Shown: one piece after another, positions 35,938 through 44,285 of the stretch
Layout of the letters: every line of letters begins with the position of its first letter
Position numbering within the stretch: position 1 is the stretch's first letter
Origin: Bacillota bacterium
GTDB lineage: Bacteria > Bacillota > Negativicutes > Sporomusales > CTSoil-080
Assembly: GCA_017889635.1 (NCBI GenBank)
Contig: JAGGAC010000008.1
Span: forward strand, 41,578-105,577
Direction of reading: 5' to 3'
DNA: 64,000 bases
Translations under genes and position numbers: made by a program
The notes under the pieces: generated by a model
Told to the model about the DNA's origin: nothing
Database searches by the model: none
What the model saw: only the letters and a program-made list of their open reading frames with translations

Positions 35938-37113
35938 ATGTGGCGATTGCAGTTGAAAAGGTCGTATTTTATTGTATTTCTCATACTTGTTGCTGTTATC
36001 GGTATTAGTGTTTCTTGTACTGCTGAACCTAAGGCATCTCTAAGTACTGGTTTGGAAATTTCGGCAGAATCGGCGGTGCTGATGGATAGCAATGGCAATA
36101 TATTGTATGAAAAAGATCCTTACAAGCCGCTGCCACCTGCAAGTGTTACCAAGGTAATGACATTGTTGTTAGGTGTTGAAGCAGTTGAGCAGGGAAAAAT
36201 TCAGTTATCTGATAGTGTTTATACAAGCGAGAATGCCTGGCATCAAGGAGGGTCTCAAATATGGCTTGAGCCTGGTGAAGCGATGACTGTGAAAGAAATG
36301 CTTACTGCAATTGCTGTTGTAAGTGCTAATGATGCTGCTGCCGCCTTAATGGAGCATGTGTTTGGCAGTACTCAGGCTGCTGTCGACGCTATGAATAGAA
36401 GGGCTCAGGAATTGGGACTGAAAAACAGCCATTTTTCCAATGTTAACGGGCTGCCAACTTCGGACCATTATATGAGTGCCTATGATACAGCTACTATAGC
36501 GCGAGAAGCAATTAGGCATCCTTTATATATGGACCTTGTCTCAATAAAGGAATACTGGCTTAGAAATGGGAAAAACTGGCTGGTGAACACAAATAAATTA
36601 TTATGGTGGTACAAAGGGGCTGACGGACTAAAAACAGGATGGACTGAAGAAGCGAAATATTGCTTTGTTGGAACTGCTAAAAGAGATAATCTCAGACTTA
36701 TTGCTGTTGTATTCGCCTGTCCTGAGCCGCGATCTCACTTACGTGAAAGTATGAAGCTGTTAGATTGGGGCTATGCTAATTTTTCCGCCGTTCCAGTTGT
36801 GGAAAAGGGGGTAGTGGTAGACCGAGTTAAGGTTACCAAAGGCAAGGAACGGGAAGTCCAGTTGATTGCTGCCGACGAACTTAATCTAGTTATTGCTAAA
36901 AATCAAAATAAAAATTTGACGAAAAATGTTGTTATTGATAATAACATCTATGCGCCTGTCGCTGCCGGACAAAAATGCGGTGAGCTTGTAGTAGCAAAAG
37001 ACGGTAAGGAAGTAGGAAAGGTAGATCTAGTAGCTGAAAAGTCGGTGGATAAAGCTGGATTTTTACAGGTTATGGAAAGTGTGCTTGGTAGTTTGTTTTC
37101 AATAACACGGTAA
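35938..37113 (+). CDS. dacF: D-alanyl-D-alanine carboxypeptidase (PBP5 type), in the dacF position upstream of spoIIA
   Basis: SVTK (SxxK), SAND (SxN) and KTGWT (KTG) motifs. The position matches B. subtilis dacF-spoIIA. Confidence 0.85.
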   Translation: MWRLQLKRSYFIVFLILVAVIGISVSCTAEPKASLSTGLEISAESAVLMDSNGNILYEKDPYKPLPPASVTKVMTLLLGVEAVEQGKIQLSDSVYTSENAWHQGGSQIWLEPGEAMTVKEMLTAIAVVSANDAAAALMEHVFGSTQAAVDAMNRRAQELGLKNSHFSNVNGLPTSDHYMSAYDTATIAREAIRHPLYMDLVSIKEYWLRNGKNWLVNTNKLLWWYKGADGLKTGWTEEAKYCFVGTAKRDNLRLIAVVFACPEPRSHLRESMKLLDWGYANFSAVPVVEKGVVVDRVKVTKGKEREVQLIAADELNLVIAKNQNKNLTKNVVIDNNIYAPVAAGQKCGELVVAKDGKEVGKVDLVAEKSVDKAGFLQVMESVLGSLFSITR

Positions 37114-37206
37114 GTGTAAAGATTGAAAGTATTATGGCGATAACATATTTTTACTAAAGAGCATGTATTGAGGTTAAAGCTTCAACATGCTCTAATTTTT
37201 ATTTTA

Positions 37207-37236
37207 GCAGGAAAAATTTTCCTGAATAGCGAATAA
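37207..37236 (+). promoter_or_regulatory. Sigma-H type promoter for the spoIIA operon
   Basis: GCAGGAAAA, 12 nt, AGCGAATAA matches RnAGGAwWW-N11-12-RnnGAATww. Confidence 0.5.
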
Positions 37237-37268
37237 TACTTTTCGATGGTATGATTGGAGGTGGTGAC

Positions 37269-37604
37269 TTGAATATCAGTACTATAGTTAAACAAGGTGT
37301 ATTGATAGTTCATGTTGAAGGTGAGATGGACATGCATTCTGCTGAGCAATTTCGTAGTAGCGTTGACACTAGTTTAGAAACAAGTGGTGCAAAACATATT
37401 ATTTTTAATCTCCAAGGTGTTACTTTTATTGATAGTTCAGGGGTGGGTGTAATATTAGGACGGTACAAAAAAGTTAGTATTTTGGGAGGTAAACTTGCGG
37501 CAGTGAATGTTAAGCCGCAGGTTGTACGAATTCTTGAGTTTTCGGGTCTTCTGAGAATCATGAAGTTATTTGGTTCTGAATCCGAAGCTTTAGACAGTTT
37601 ATAA
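37269..37604 (+). CDS. spoIIAA: Anti-sigma-F factor antagonist (STAS domain)
   Basis: TTG start 7 nt after GGAGG. FIDSSGVGVILGRYK carries the phospho-serine motif. Confidence 0.88.
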   Translation: MNISTIVKQGVLIVHVEGEMDMHSAEQFRSSVDTSLETSGAKHIIFNLQGVTFIDSSGVGVILGRYKKVSILGGKLAAVNVKPQVVRILEFSGLLRIMKLFGSESEALDSL

Positions 37605-37618
37605 GGGAGGATGACCAA

Positions 37619-38050
37619 ATGGCGATAAATAACCATATAAAAATGAATTTTACTAGCAATAGTGAGAACATTGGTATTGCCAGAGTAACGGCTGCTGCTT
37701 TTGCCGCCCAAGTGGATTTGACTTTAAATGATATTGAAGAAATTAAAGTAGCACTGTCTGAAGCGATATCCAACGCCATCATCCATGGTTATGGAGATAT
37801 AGTCGGTGAAGTGGAATGTGAAATGTTTCTGTCTGATGATATACTAGAATTTATCGTTACAGACTATGGTGTAGGAATTGCTGATATAGAATTAGCGCGG
37901 CAACCGTCCTACTCATCTGATCCGGAGCGGATGGGTCTGGGATTTGTATTTATGGATTCGTTTATGGACGAATTGTCGGTAGAATCGGCTTTAGGAAAAG
38001 GGACGACTGTGCGGATGATAAAGAAGATAACAAATGATAAGGCTCATTAG
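37619..38050 (+). CDS. spoIIAB: Anti-sigma-F factor / serine kinase
   Basis: EAISNAIIHGY N-box and GMGLGF G-box. Operon position. Confidence 0.92.
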   Translation: MAINNHIKMNFTSNSENIGIARVTAAAFAAQVDLTLNDIEEIKVALSEAISNAIIHGYGDIVGEVECEMFLSDDILEFIVTDYGVGIADIELARQPSYSSDPERMGLGFVFMDSFMDELSVESALGKGTTVRMIKKITNDKAH

Positions 38051-38058
38051 GTGGCTTT

Positions 38059-38790
38059 ATGTTGGATGATGAAAATTTCAAGGTACTGCTTAAGGCGGCT
38101 CAGGCCGGTGACGAGGCCGCTAAAGAGTGGATTTTAAAGAATAATCTTAATCTTGTACGTAGCGTGGTGCACCGTTTTATGAATCGAGGATATGAATGGG
38201 ACGATTTATTTCAGGTCGGTTGCATTGGTTTGATTAAGGCTGTTGATCGTTTTGATACTAGTTTCAGTGTTAGATTTTCTACTTATGCCGTACCAATGAT
38301 TATTGGTGAAATTCGCCGCTTTTTAAGAGACGATAGTCCAATTAAGGTGAGTCGGCCTGTAAAAGAAATGGCGTATCGGGTACATCGGGCTCAGGAAAAG
38401 TTGCAGGGTGTTCTTGGGAGGGAACCTAACATTAGCGAGGTTGCAAAGGAATTAGCGTTGCCGCCGGAGGAAGTTGTTGCTGCCTTGGAGGCAATTCAGC
38501 CGATTGCTTCTATCTATGATCAGGTTTTTCATGATGATGGCGATCCTATTCACCTTTTAGATCAGCTTACTTATACAGATGGGCAGGATAATGCTTATTT
38601 TGAAAAATTGGCGTTGAGAGAAGTATTGATGCGCCTGCAGCCTCGAGAGCGTTTAGTGATTCATTTAAGGTTTTTTGAAGACAAAACTCAAGCGGAAATA
38701 GCTGAAAAAATTGGATTGTCACAGGTACAAGTATCGAGAATTGAGAAACACGCATTAAAAATAGTGAAAGAGCATTTGCAGACCTATTAA
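38059..38790 (+). CDS. sigF: Sporulation sigma factor F
   Basis: Sigma-70 regions 2-4 (DLFQVGCIGLIKAVDRFD, YAVPMIIGEIRRFLRD, QAEIAEKIGLSQVQVSRIEK). Confidence 0.93.
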   Translation: MLDDENFKVLLKAAQAGDEAAKEWILKNNLNLVRSVVHRFMNRGYEWDDLFQVGCIGLIKAVDRFDTSFSVRFSTYAVPMIIGEIRRFLRDDSPIKVSRPVKEMAYRVHRAQEKLQGVLGREPNISEVAKELALPPEEVVAALEAIQPIASIYDQVFHDDGDPIHLLDQLTYTDGQDNAYFEKLALREVLMRLQPRERLVIHLRFFEDKTQAEIAEKIGLSQVQVSRIEKHALKIVKEHLQTY

Positions 38791-38895
38791 CTTAGCGGTC
38801 TGATTTTTTTTTATTAAAAAAGCCATAATAAATACAAGTAAGCATCAGAGGCTAGAAATTATTAGGAACGACAAATTAACTTTGAGGTGAGTAAA

Positions 38896-39048
38896 ATGAT
38901 TAATGTAAAGAGGTGGTGTTTGGCAATTTTGGTTTTTTTCGTGTTGGTTATTAGCAGTGCTGCAGTCTGGATAGTTTATTATGGCAATATCGCCCCCAAA
39001 ACTCCCCTGAGGGCTAAACAGGTTACATCAGAATATGTCGGCTTTTGA
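38896..39048 (+). CDS. 50-aa single-TM peptide
   Basis: ATG 6 nt after GAGGTGA. MINVKRWCLAILVFFVLVISSAAVWIVYYGNIAPK... Too short for the ORF track. Confidence 0.4.
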   Translation: MINVKRWCLAILVFFVLVISSAAVWIVYYGNIAPKTPLRAKQVTSEYVGF

Positions 39049-39145
39049 TGAGCGGTAGTGAATGGTCAAAATCTAAAGCATAAAAATCAGTGTATTGCAC
39101 ACAATAAGATTGAAAACAATTATTTTAGCTAAAGGAGGAAGCGGG

Positions 39146-39346
39146 ATGGGAGTTGTAAAAGTAATTGAATTAGTAGGTACTTCACGGCATAATTGGACCG
39201 ATGCCGTAGACAACGCTGTGATGGAAGCATCAAAGTCGACAGATGATATACTTGGAGTCGAAGTGACTAATTTTACTGCCAATATTGATGAGGGGCGGAT
39301 CTCCGAGTATAAAGCAGATGTAAAAATTGCCTTTGCTAGCCATTAG
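39146..39346 (+). CDS. Dodecin-family flavin-binding protein
   Basis: ATG after AAAGGAGG. VKVIELVGTS...EYKADVKIAF pattern. Confidence 0.75.
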   Translation: MGVVKVIELVGTSRHNWTDAVDNAVMEASKSTDDILGVEVTNFTANIDEGRISEYKADVKIAFASH

Positions 39347-39348
39347 AA

Positions 39349-39394
39349 AAAAGCGAGGATTCCCTAGATGTAATAGGGTGTCCTCGCTTTTTTC
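39349..39394 (+). terminator. Rho-independent terminator
   Basis: AAAAAGCGAGGA ... TCCTCGCTTTTTT. Confidence 0.75.
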
Positions 39395-39428
39395 TATTTA
39401 CGATAAGGTATCTTTAACTGATAGCAGA

Positions 39429-39460
39429 TGAATGATTTAGACATGTGGTGGCTACAATAG
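39429..39460 (+). promoter_or_regulatory. Forespore (sigma-F/G type) promoter candidate for spoVA
   Basis: TGAATGA-N18-ACAATAG. The -10 GGCTACAATA fits GGnnAnAHTA. The same gapped motif is found at 51050..51081. Confidence 0.45.
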
Positions 39461-39492
39461 AAGTGAAGATAATATATTTAAGGAGGGATGTT

Positions 39493-39957
39493 GTGGTCAG
39501 TATGGATGGCAAAAGAGAAGAGCAAACGTTTAATGAGCAGTATCAGAGAATGGTCGATGAGATTAAACCTAAACCTACGCTGATGAAAAACCTGATATGG
39601 GCGTTTTTCATTGGTGGTTTAATATGCACTATTGGTCAAGTGTTTCAAAATTACTTTATTGGTTTGAGCCTTACCAAGAAAGAGGCTGCTGCTGCAACAT
39701 CAGCGGTTATGATTTTTCTGGGAGCATTTTTTACCGGATTGGGCGTTTATGATGAGTTGGGGCAGAGAGCCGGTGCTGGGTCTGTAGTTCCGATTACTGG
39801 ATTTGCTAATTCGATTGTCGCTCCAGCAATGGAATTTAAGCGAGAAGGTTATGTTTTTGGAATAGGAGCTAAAATGTTTGTTATAGCAGGACCGGTTATC
39901 GTCTATGGGTTAATTACTGCAGTTGTTTCAGGATTTATATATTGGCTGTTGCGTTAG
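39493..39957 (+). CDS. spoVAC: Stage V sporulation protein AC
   Basis: LIWAFFIGGLICTIGQ and GAGSVVPITGFANS motifs. GTG 6 nt after AGGAGGG; ATG 39502 is an alternative start. Confidence 0.88.
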   Translation: MVSMDGKREEQTFNEQYQRMVDEIKPKPTLMKNLIWAFFIGGLICTIGQVFQNYFIGLSLTKKEAAAATSAVMIFLGAFFTGLGVYDELGQRAGAGSVVPITGFANSIVAPAMEFKREGYVFGIGAKMFVIAGPVIVYGLITAVVSGFIYWLLR

Positions 39958-39970
39958 GGGGGATCTTAGC

Positions 39971-40975
39971 TTGAATAAAAAGCGTGGTCAACAAAGCGTG
40001 GTCTTTTCAATACCGCCAATACTTAAAGCTACGGCAGCAATTGCCGGACCTATGGAGGGGGAAGGTCTATTAGCCGGTTATTATGATCAGGTAATGGAGG
40101 ATGATCTTGCTGGGTATGATAATTGGGAAAAATGCGAGTCCTATATGATGGAGCAGGCAGTAACTACTGCTGTGAAAAAAAGTGGTCATTTTATGATGGA
40201 TATAGATTTTTTGCTTGCTGGTGATCTTTTGAACCAACTTATTGCAACTAACTTTGCTATGCGAAGCCTTGGACGCCCTTATTTGGGACTATATGGTGCC
40301 TGTTCTACGATGGCAGAGTCTTTGATGATAGGGGCGATGTTATTGGACGGAGGTTTTGGGAATAAAGTTGTTGCTACGGTTTCCAGTCATCATAATACTG
40401 CCGAGCGTCAGTATCGTTACCCTACTGAACTTGGAGTACAACGGCCGCTTGTTGCTCAGTGGACTGTCACGGCTGCAGGGGCGGTTGTTATGGAAAATGG
40501 TACCGATGGTCCTAAGGTAACTGCAGCAACTATCGGAAAAATTATTGATGCAGGTATCAAAGATCCAAATACTATGGGACCGGCTATGGCTCCGGCCGCA
40601 GTTGACACAATTTGGCAACATATTCAGGATATCGGACGAGAACCAGCCTACTATGATATGATCTATACTGGCGATTTGGGGAAGGTTGGTAAAGAACTGG
40701 TTATTCGACTTTTCAGGGAGAAGGGAATTGATATATCCAGAAATTATGAGGACTGTGGTTGCATGATTTATCGTGAAGATCAGGATATCCACTCAGGAGC
40801 AAGCGGATGCGCTAGTTCGGCAGCGGTATTATGTGCTTATCTTTATCCGCAGCTTGCAGCCGGAAAATTAAAAAAGATTTTGTTTGTTGGTACCGGGAGT
40901 TTACATAGTCAAACTTCGTATCAGCAAAAGGAGTCCATACCATGTATTGCCCATGCTATAGCAGTGGAAGTATAG
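39971..40975 (+). CDS. spoVAD: Stage V sporulation protein AD
   Basis: Thiolase-like fold sequence (GLYGACSTMAESL). TTG after AGGGGGG. Operon position. Confidence 0.9.
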   Translation: MNKKRGQQSVVFSIPPILKATAAIAGPMEGEGLLAGYYDQVMEDDLAGYDNWEKCESYMMEQAVTTAVKKSGHFMMDIDFLLAGDLLNQLIATNFAMRSLGRPYLGLYGACSTMAESLMIGAMLLDGGFGNKVVATVSSHHNTAERQYRYPTELGVQRPLVAQWTVTAAGAVVMENGTDGPKVTAATIGKIIDAGIKDPNTMGPAMAPAAVDTIWQHIQDIGREPAYYDMIYTGDLGKVGKELVIRLFREKGIDISRNYEDCGCMIYREDQDIHSGASGCASSAAVLCAYLYPQLAAGKLKKILFVGTGSLHSQTSYQQKESIPCIAHAIAVEV

Positions 40976-40986
40976 GAGGAAAGGAA

Positions 40987-41340
40987 TTGCAAGTATATTT
41001 AATGGCCTTTATTGTTGGCGGCCTCATTTGTATTGTGGGACAACTATTAATGGATTTAACACCACTGACGCCTGCACATATCTTGGTTTTGTTTGTAGTT
41101 CTGGGAGGGGTGCTGAGTGCGCTGGGGCTTTATCAGCCACTGGTGGATATTGGTGGAGCCGGAGCGACTGTTCCGTTACCAGGCTTTGGATATAGCATGG
41201 TAAGCGGTACTTTTGAAGAAATTGATAATGCTGGATTTATCGGGATTTTCAGCGGTGCGTTAAAGTCGGCAGCCGTTGGCATTACTGCAGCGGTGATTTT
41301 CGGATTCACTATGGCGGTATTGTTTAATCCTAAGGGGTGA
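40987..41340 (+). CDS. spoVAE: Stage V sporulation protein AE (SpoVAEB type)
   Basis: AFIVGGLICIVGQLLMD and GAGATVPLPGFGYS motifs. TTG 7 nt after AGGAGG. Confidence 0.85.
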   Translation: MQVYLMAFIVGGLICIVGQLLMDLTPLTPAHILVLFVVLGGVLSALGLYQPLVDIGGAGATVPLPGFGYSMVSGTFEEIDNAGFIGIFSGALKSAAVGITAAVIFGFTMAVLFNPKG

Positions 41341-41738
41341 GTACTATGCTCGCTGTCGATATTGTTGGTCTGGTTTTTACAATTTGTTTGGTTGGCGCTC
41401 GCTATCCGCATTATGTACTTATTGCAGCAACAATTCATGAGATTGGCCGGATTATGATGACTCTGTTTTTGCATGATAATATTGGCACAGTTATAGCAGC
41501 GGGTGCTTTTGGAACAACGGTAGCTAGTAATCTTAAGAGCAACTGGCATGGTATTCTTATAACATTTAGCGGTCCGCTGGCCAATTATATTGTTAGTGCC
41601 ACTATTGGAGGAATCGAATTAGAGACGACGAGACGGCTGTTAAATCCTCTGGGACCGGTTAGGCATCCGTTCGCGGTGGTAAATCTCAGGTTGGCGTTGT
41701 TATCAGTTTTTGTTAGTACCTGGCTATTATTTCAGTAA
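41337..41738 (+). CDS. Small polytopic membrane protein with degenerate M50-protease-like motifs
   Basis: IHEIGR (HExxR, not HExxH) and FSGPLANY, compared with HEYGHA and FAGPGFNF in the M50 gene at 46001. No NxxPxxxLDG. Confidence 0.5.
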   Translation: MSTMLAVDIVGLVFTICLVGARYPHYVLIAATIHEIGRIMMTLFLHDNIGTVIAAGAFGTTVASNLKSNWHGILITFSGPLANYIVSATIGGIELETTRRLLNPLGPVRHPFAVVNLRLALLSVFVSTWLLFQ

Positions 41739-41750
41739 GCGGGTGATAGA

Positions 41751-42503
41751 ATGAGAATGTCGCCACGGCGGCCATATACAAAACGTCACCAAAATGAGAA
41801 TTTCGGTGAATTCAAAAGAGGTAATGAGTCTGAAACAGAAGGTTATCAACAAGAGCGCGGTACTACTATCGATAATAGTAATGATGATGACAGGGTGATT
41901 ACTGACATGGCCAAAGGATTTGCTTTGGCTCAGGCGAAGATTAATAATACATCAGATGATTTGGCGGATAGAGAAATGATGCAGCTTTTACAAAATATTA
42001 ACCGCCAATTAGAAAGCTTATCCAAAAAGGAAAGTGGAAATTCCAGCGGAAAAGAAAACGCAACTATGGCAACTATGAATCAAAATGCTAGTAGTGTACA
42101 AAATACTGGTCAGTCATCTGCTAGCAACACTGCAAGTGGAAATAATTCTAGTGGACCAATTGGAGAACAGCCGGACGATAAATTGCGTGTTTTATTTAGT
42201 AATTTATTTCAGGAAAATAATAATAATAATAATAGTGGTAATTCGAGTAAACAACCTGTTAATAAGAGTAATAGCAATATGCCTTCTGACAGTAATATAA
42301 GTAATAAAAGTAGTAATAGTAGTAATAGTAGTGGGACTCTGGCTCAGACGGCGGCTCAAGTATTATCTCAAGCCCAATATGAATTATCGGAGGAGTTAAG
42401 AAGTAGCCTTAATAAGCTTAAGCAGGTCATTGACGAAAGTGAAAAAATAGCAAATAGAATTAGCATGATATTAGAAGAGGAAAATAATCAAGAGCAGTCG
42501 TGA
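41751..42503 (+). CDS. Asn/Ser-rich low-complexity protein
   Basis: The ORF sits in the operon with a NNNNNNSGNSS..SNKSSNSSNSS tract and helical ends. No family recognised. Confidence 0.5.
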   Translation: MRMSPRRPYTKRHQNENFGEFKRGNESETEGYQQERGTTIDNSNDDDRVITDMAKGFALAQAKINNTSDDLADREMMQLLQNINRQLESLSKKESGNSSGKENATMATMNQNASSVQNTGQSSASNTASGNNSSGPIGEQPDDKLRVLFSNLFQENNNNNNSGNSSKQPVNKSNSNMPSDSNISNKSSNSSNSSGTLAQTAAQVLSQAQYELSEELRSSLNKLKQVIDESEKIANRISMILEEENNQEQS

Positions 42504-42504
42504 G

Positions 42505-43104
42505 GTGAAGATATTGCCGGATAAAGTTAGGGTCATTTTAATTACTGATGGCGATCGTTGTGCTCAGCATGTTGTAGAAAGTATCGGGGCTCAGTTGGGA
42601 TTAAGATGTATTTCAGCTTCTGCAGGTAACCCTACGCCGATTGAAGGTGAAGAGATTGTTAGATTACTTAAGACAGTTCCCTATGATCCGGTGCTAGTAA
42701 TGTTTGATGACCGGGGGCGTCGTGATAAAGGAAAAGGGGAAACAGCCCTGGAATATGTTGCTTGCCATCCAGATATCGAAGTACTAGGCGCGGTAGCTGT
42801 TGCTTCTAATACACCAGGAATTGAAGGTGTACCTGCTGACATATGCGTAAACGTTAGTGGTGATATAACTAATGTTTCAGTAGACAAAGACGGTCGTGAG
42901 AGGCCTAAACGAGGTGATAAACCGCTTGTAAGCGGCGATACAGTTGATGTATTAAATACAGTAGATGTGCCGGTTATTGTCGGTGTTGGCGATATTGGGA
43001 AAATGGATAAAGCTGACGATATCCGCCGGGGATCGCCAATAACGCGTAAGGCAATCGAAGAAATATTAGCACGAAATGGGATACAGACTGAACAAAATCG
43101 GTAG
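42505..43104 (+). CDS. SpoVAEA-like protein (Toprim-like soluble SpoVA component)
   Basis: VILITDGD, SAGNPTP, VMFDDRG and VGVGDIGKM resemble B. subtilis SpoVAEA as I recall it. The start may be TTG 42514. Confidence 0.65.
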   Translation: MKILPDKVRVILITDGDRCAQHVVESIGAQLGLRCISASAGNPTPIEGEEIVRLLKTVPYDPVLVMFDDRGRRDKGKGETALEYVACHPDIEVLGAVAVASNTPGIEGVPADICVNVSGDITNVSVDKDGRERPKRGDKPLVSGDTVDVLNTVDVPVIVGVGDIGKMDKADDIRRGSPITRKAIEEILARNGIQTEQNR

Positions 43105-43115
43105 TACTACTCTTT

Positions 43116-43167
43116 AACACATAAAAATGCTTCCACATATTTATAGGTGGAAGCATTTTTATGTGTT
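43116..43167. terminator. Bidirectional terminator with a 21-bp perfect stem
   Basis: AACACATAAAAATGCTTCCAC / GTGGAAGCATTTTTATGTGTT. Confidence 0.8.
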
Positions 43168-43905
43168 TTAAGTTCCACGGTAATATTCTCGAATTTGGGC
43201 TATGCTACTATTAATATCAGTTAGTTTATCATCGGCGTTACCCTTGTTTTCTTCGTTAATTGCATCTTTTATTTGATTTATATAAGAATGGGTTTTAGTT
43301 ATTTCCCCTATAATACCGAACTTCTCTAAGCCGGGTTTGCTTTGTTTCCAAGTAGTATCCAGTGCTTTGACTTTGACTGATGCTTTAGACCAGTTCTTTT
43401 CTTCAACATAAAAACTGGTGCTACGGACTGCATTGCCAATAGTGATTATGTCCGCTAATGGTGACAGCTTATGCAACTTTGCAATATCACTGATAGTTGC
43501 CATAAATTTGTTCAAATTCTCATATGACGCTGTAACCTGTTTCTCGGTTATGGCTGTGGAAAGTTTGTTCAAGGCTTCATCGCCTAAAGCTACTGTTTTT
43601 TCGTCGCCTACTGATAGCTTTGTTTCTTGCCAGGACGATACTAAATTAGCTAAACCTTCTTCTGTTTGAGCCCAGTTTTCTTTATTGATTCCTTCGAAAG
43701 TTAATCCGGCAATTGTTTCTAGGTCATATAGCTTGGCCGGGGCGGGAGAGAGTAGTTCAATAATAGGTTTATTGGGCTTGGTTTTTGTTAGTTTGCCTGT
43801 AGGGCCTGAGTCAGTTTGATTAGCAGTTAGACCGCATCCTGTGGAGAGCATAGAAAAAAGGATGAGTTGTAATGTCCATATATTTAACCAGTGTCGCAAA
43901 AGCAA
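43168..43905 (-). CDS. Hypothetical lipoprotein
   Basis: TTG 6 nt after AAGGAGGG. Lipobox LSTGCG. Helical mature part. Confidence 0.6.
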   Translation of the reverse strand: MLLRHWLNIWTLQLILFSMLSTGCGLTANQTDSGPTGKLTKTKPNKPIIELLSPAPAKLYDLETIAGLTFEGINKENWAQTEEGLANLVSSWQETKLSVGDEKTVALGDEALNKLSTAITEKQVTASYENLNKFMATISDIAKLHKLSPLADIITIGNAVRSTSFYVEEKNWSKASVKVKALDTTWKQSKPGLEKFGIIGEITKTHSYINQIKDAINEENKGNADDKLTDINSSIAQIREYYRGT

Positions 43906-44019
43906 TATAATCCCTCCTTTAACAATAGGTTGCTTCCCAAAGCAGGACTTTATTCTGTTTGTTAGGATATTGACACTGAGCACTGTATATAATAAAATAA
44001 TAAGAAATTGAATATGTGT

Positions 44020-44252
44020 GTTGCATAGAGGCGCGGGTAATTATTAGTATGAGTGGCGAGTCCTGCCAGGACATTGACCCATTCAAAAAGGAATTTCCGC
44101 CGAAGCATAAGTTTCGGGCTGAAAATTATGCTGGGCTTGTGGCTGAAGAAGCGCAAGACTGTCACCCAAAGTGTTCCCAATTTTGGGTGGAGAGCTATCT
44201 CACGGGTAACTGGGTATTATACGGTTGTGAGATATGCTTCACAACTTTTTTA
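44020..44252 (+). promoter_or_regulatory. Lysine riboswitch (L-box) with an intrinsic terminator
   Basis: Conserved L-box blocks AGAGGCGC, CCGCCGAAG and GGTGGAGAGCTATC. Terminator GTTGTGA..TCACAAC followed by TTTTTT at 44224..44251. Confidence 0.8.
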
Positions 44253-44285
44253 TTTTTTATTGTGACATTGAAAGGAGAAGCCCCT

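Noticed and set aside
42085-42300. An alternative-frame ORF and an AATAATAATAAT run (about 42222..42240) inside the N/S-rich gene. I checked it as a microsatellite or repeat array.
   Set aside because: It is an Asn codon run within a low-complexity coding region. There is no spacer/repeat organisation, and the alternative frame gives an Ile/Val-rich shadow product.
44016-44285. A 90-codon N-terminal extension of the lysA ORF in the ORF track.
   Set aside because: The region carries lysine-riboswitch blocks and an intrinsic terminator. A GTG with a good RBS (AAAGGAGA) at 44286 gives a normal-length LysA.
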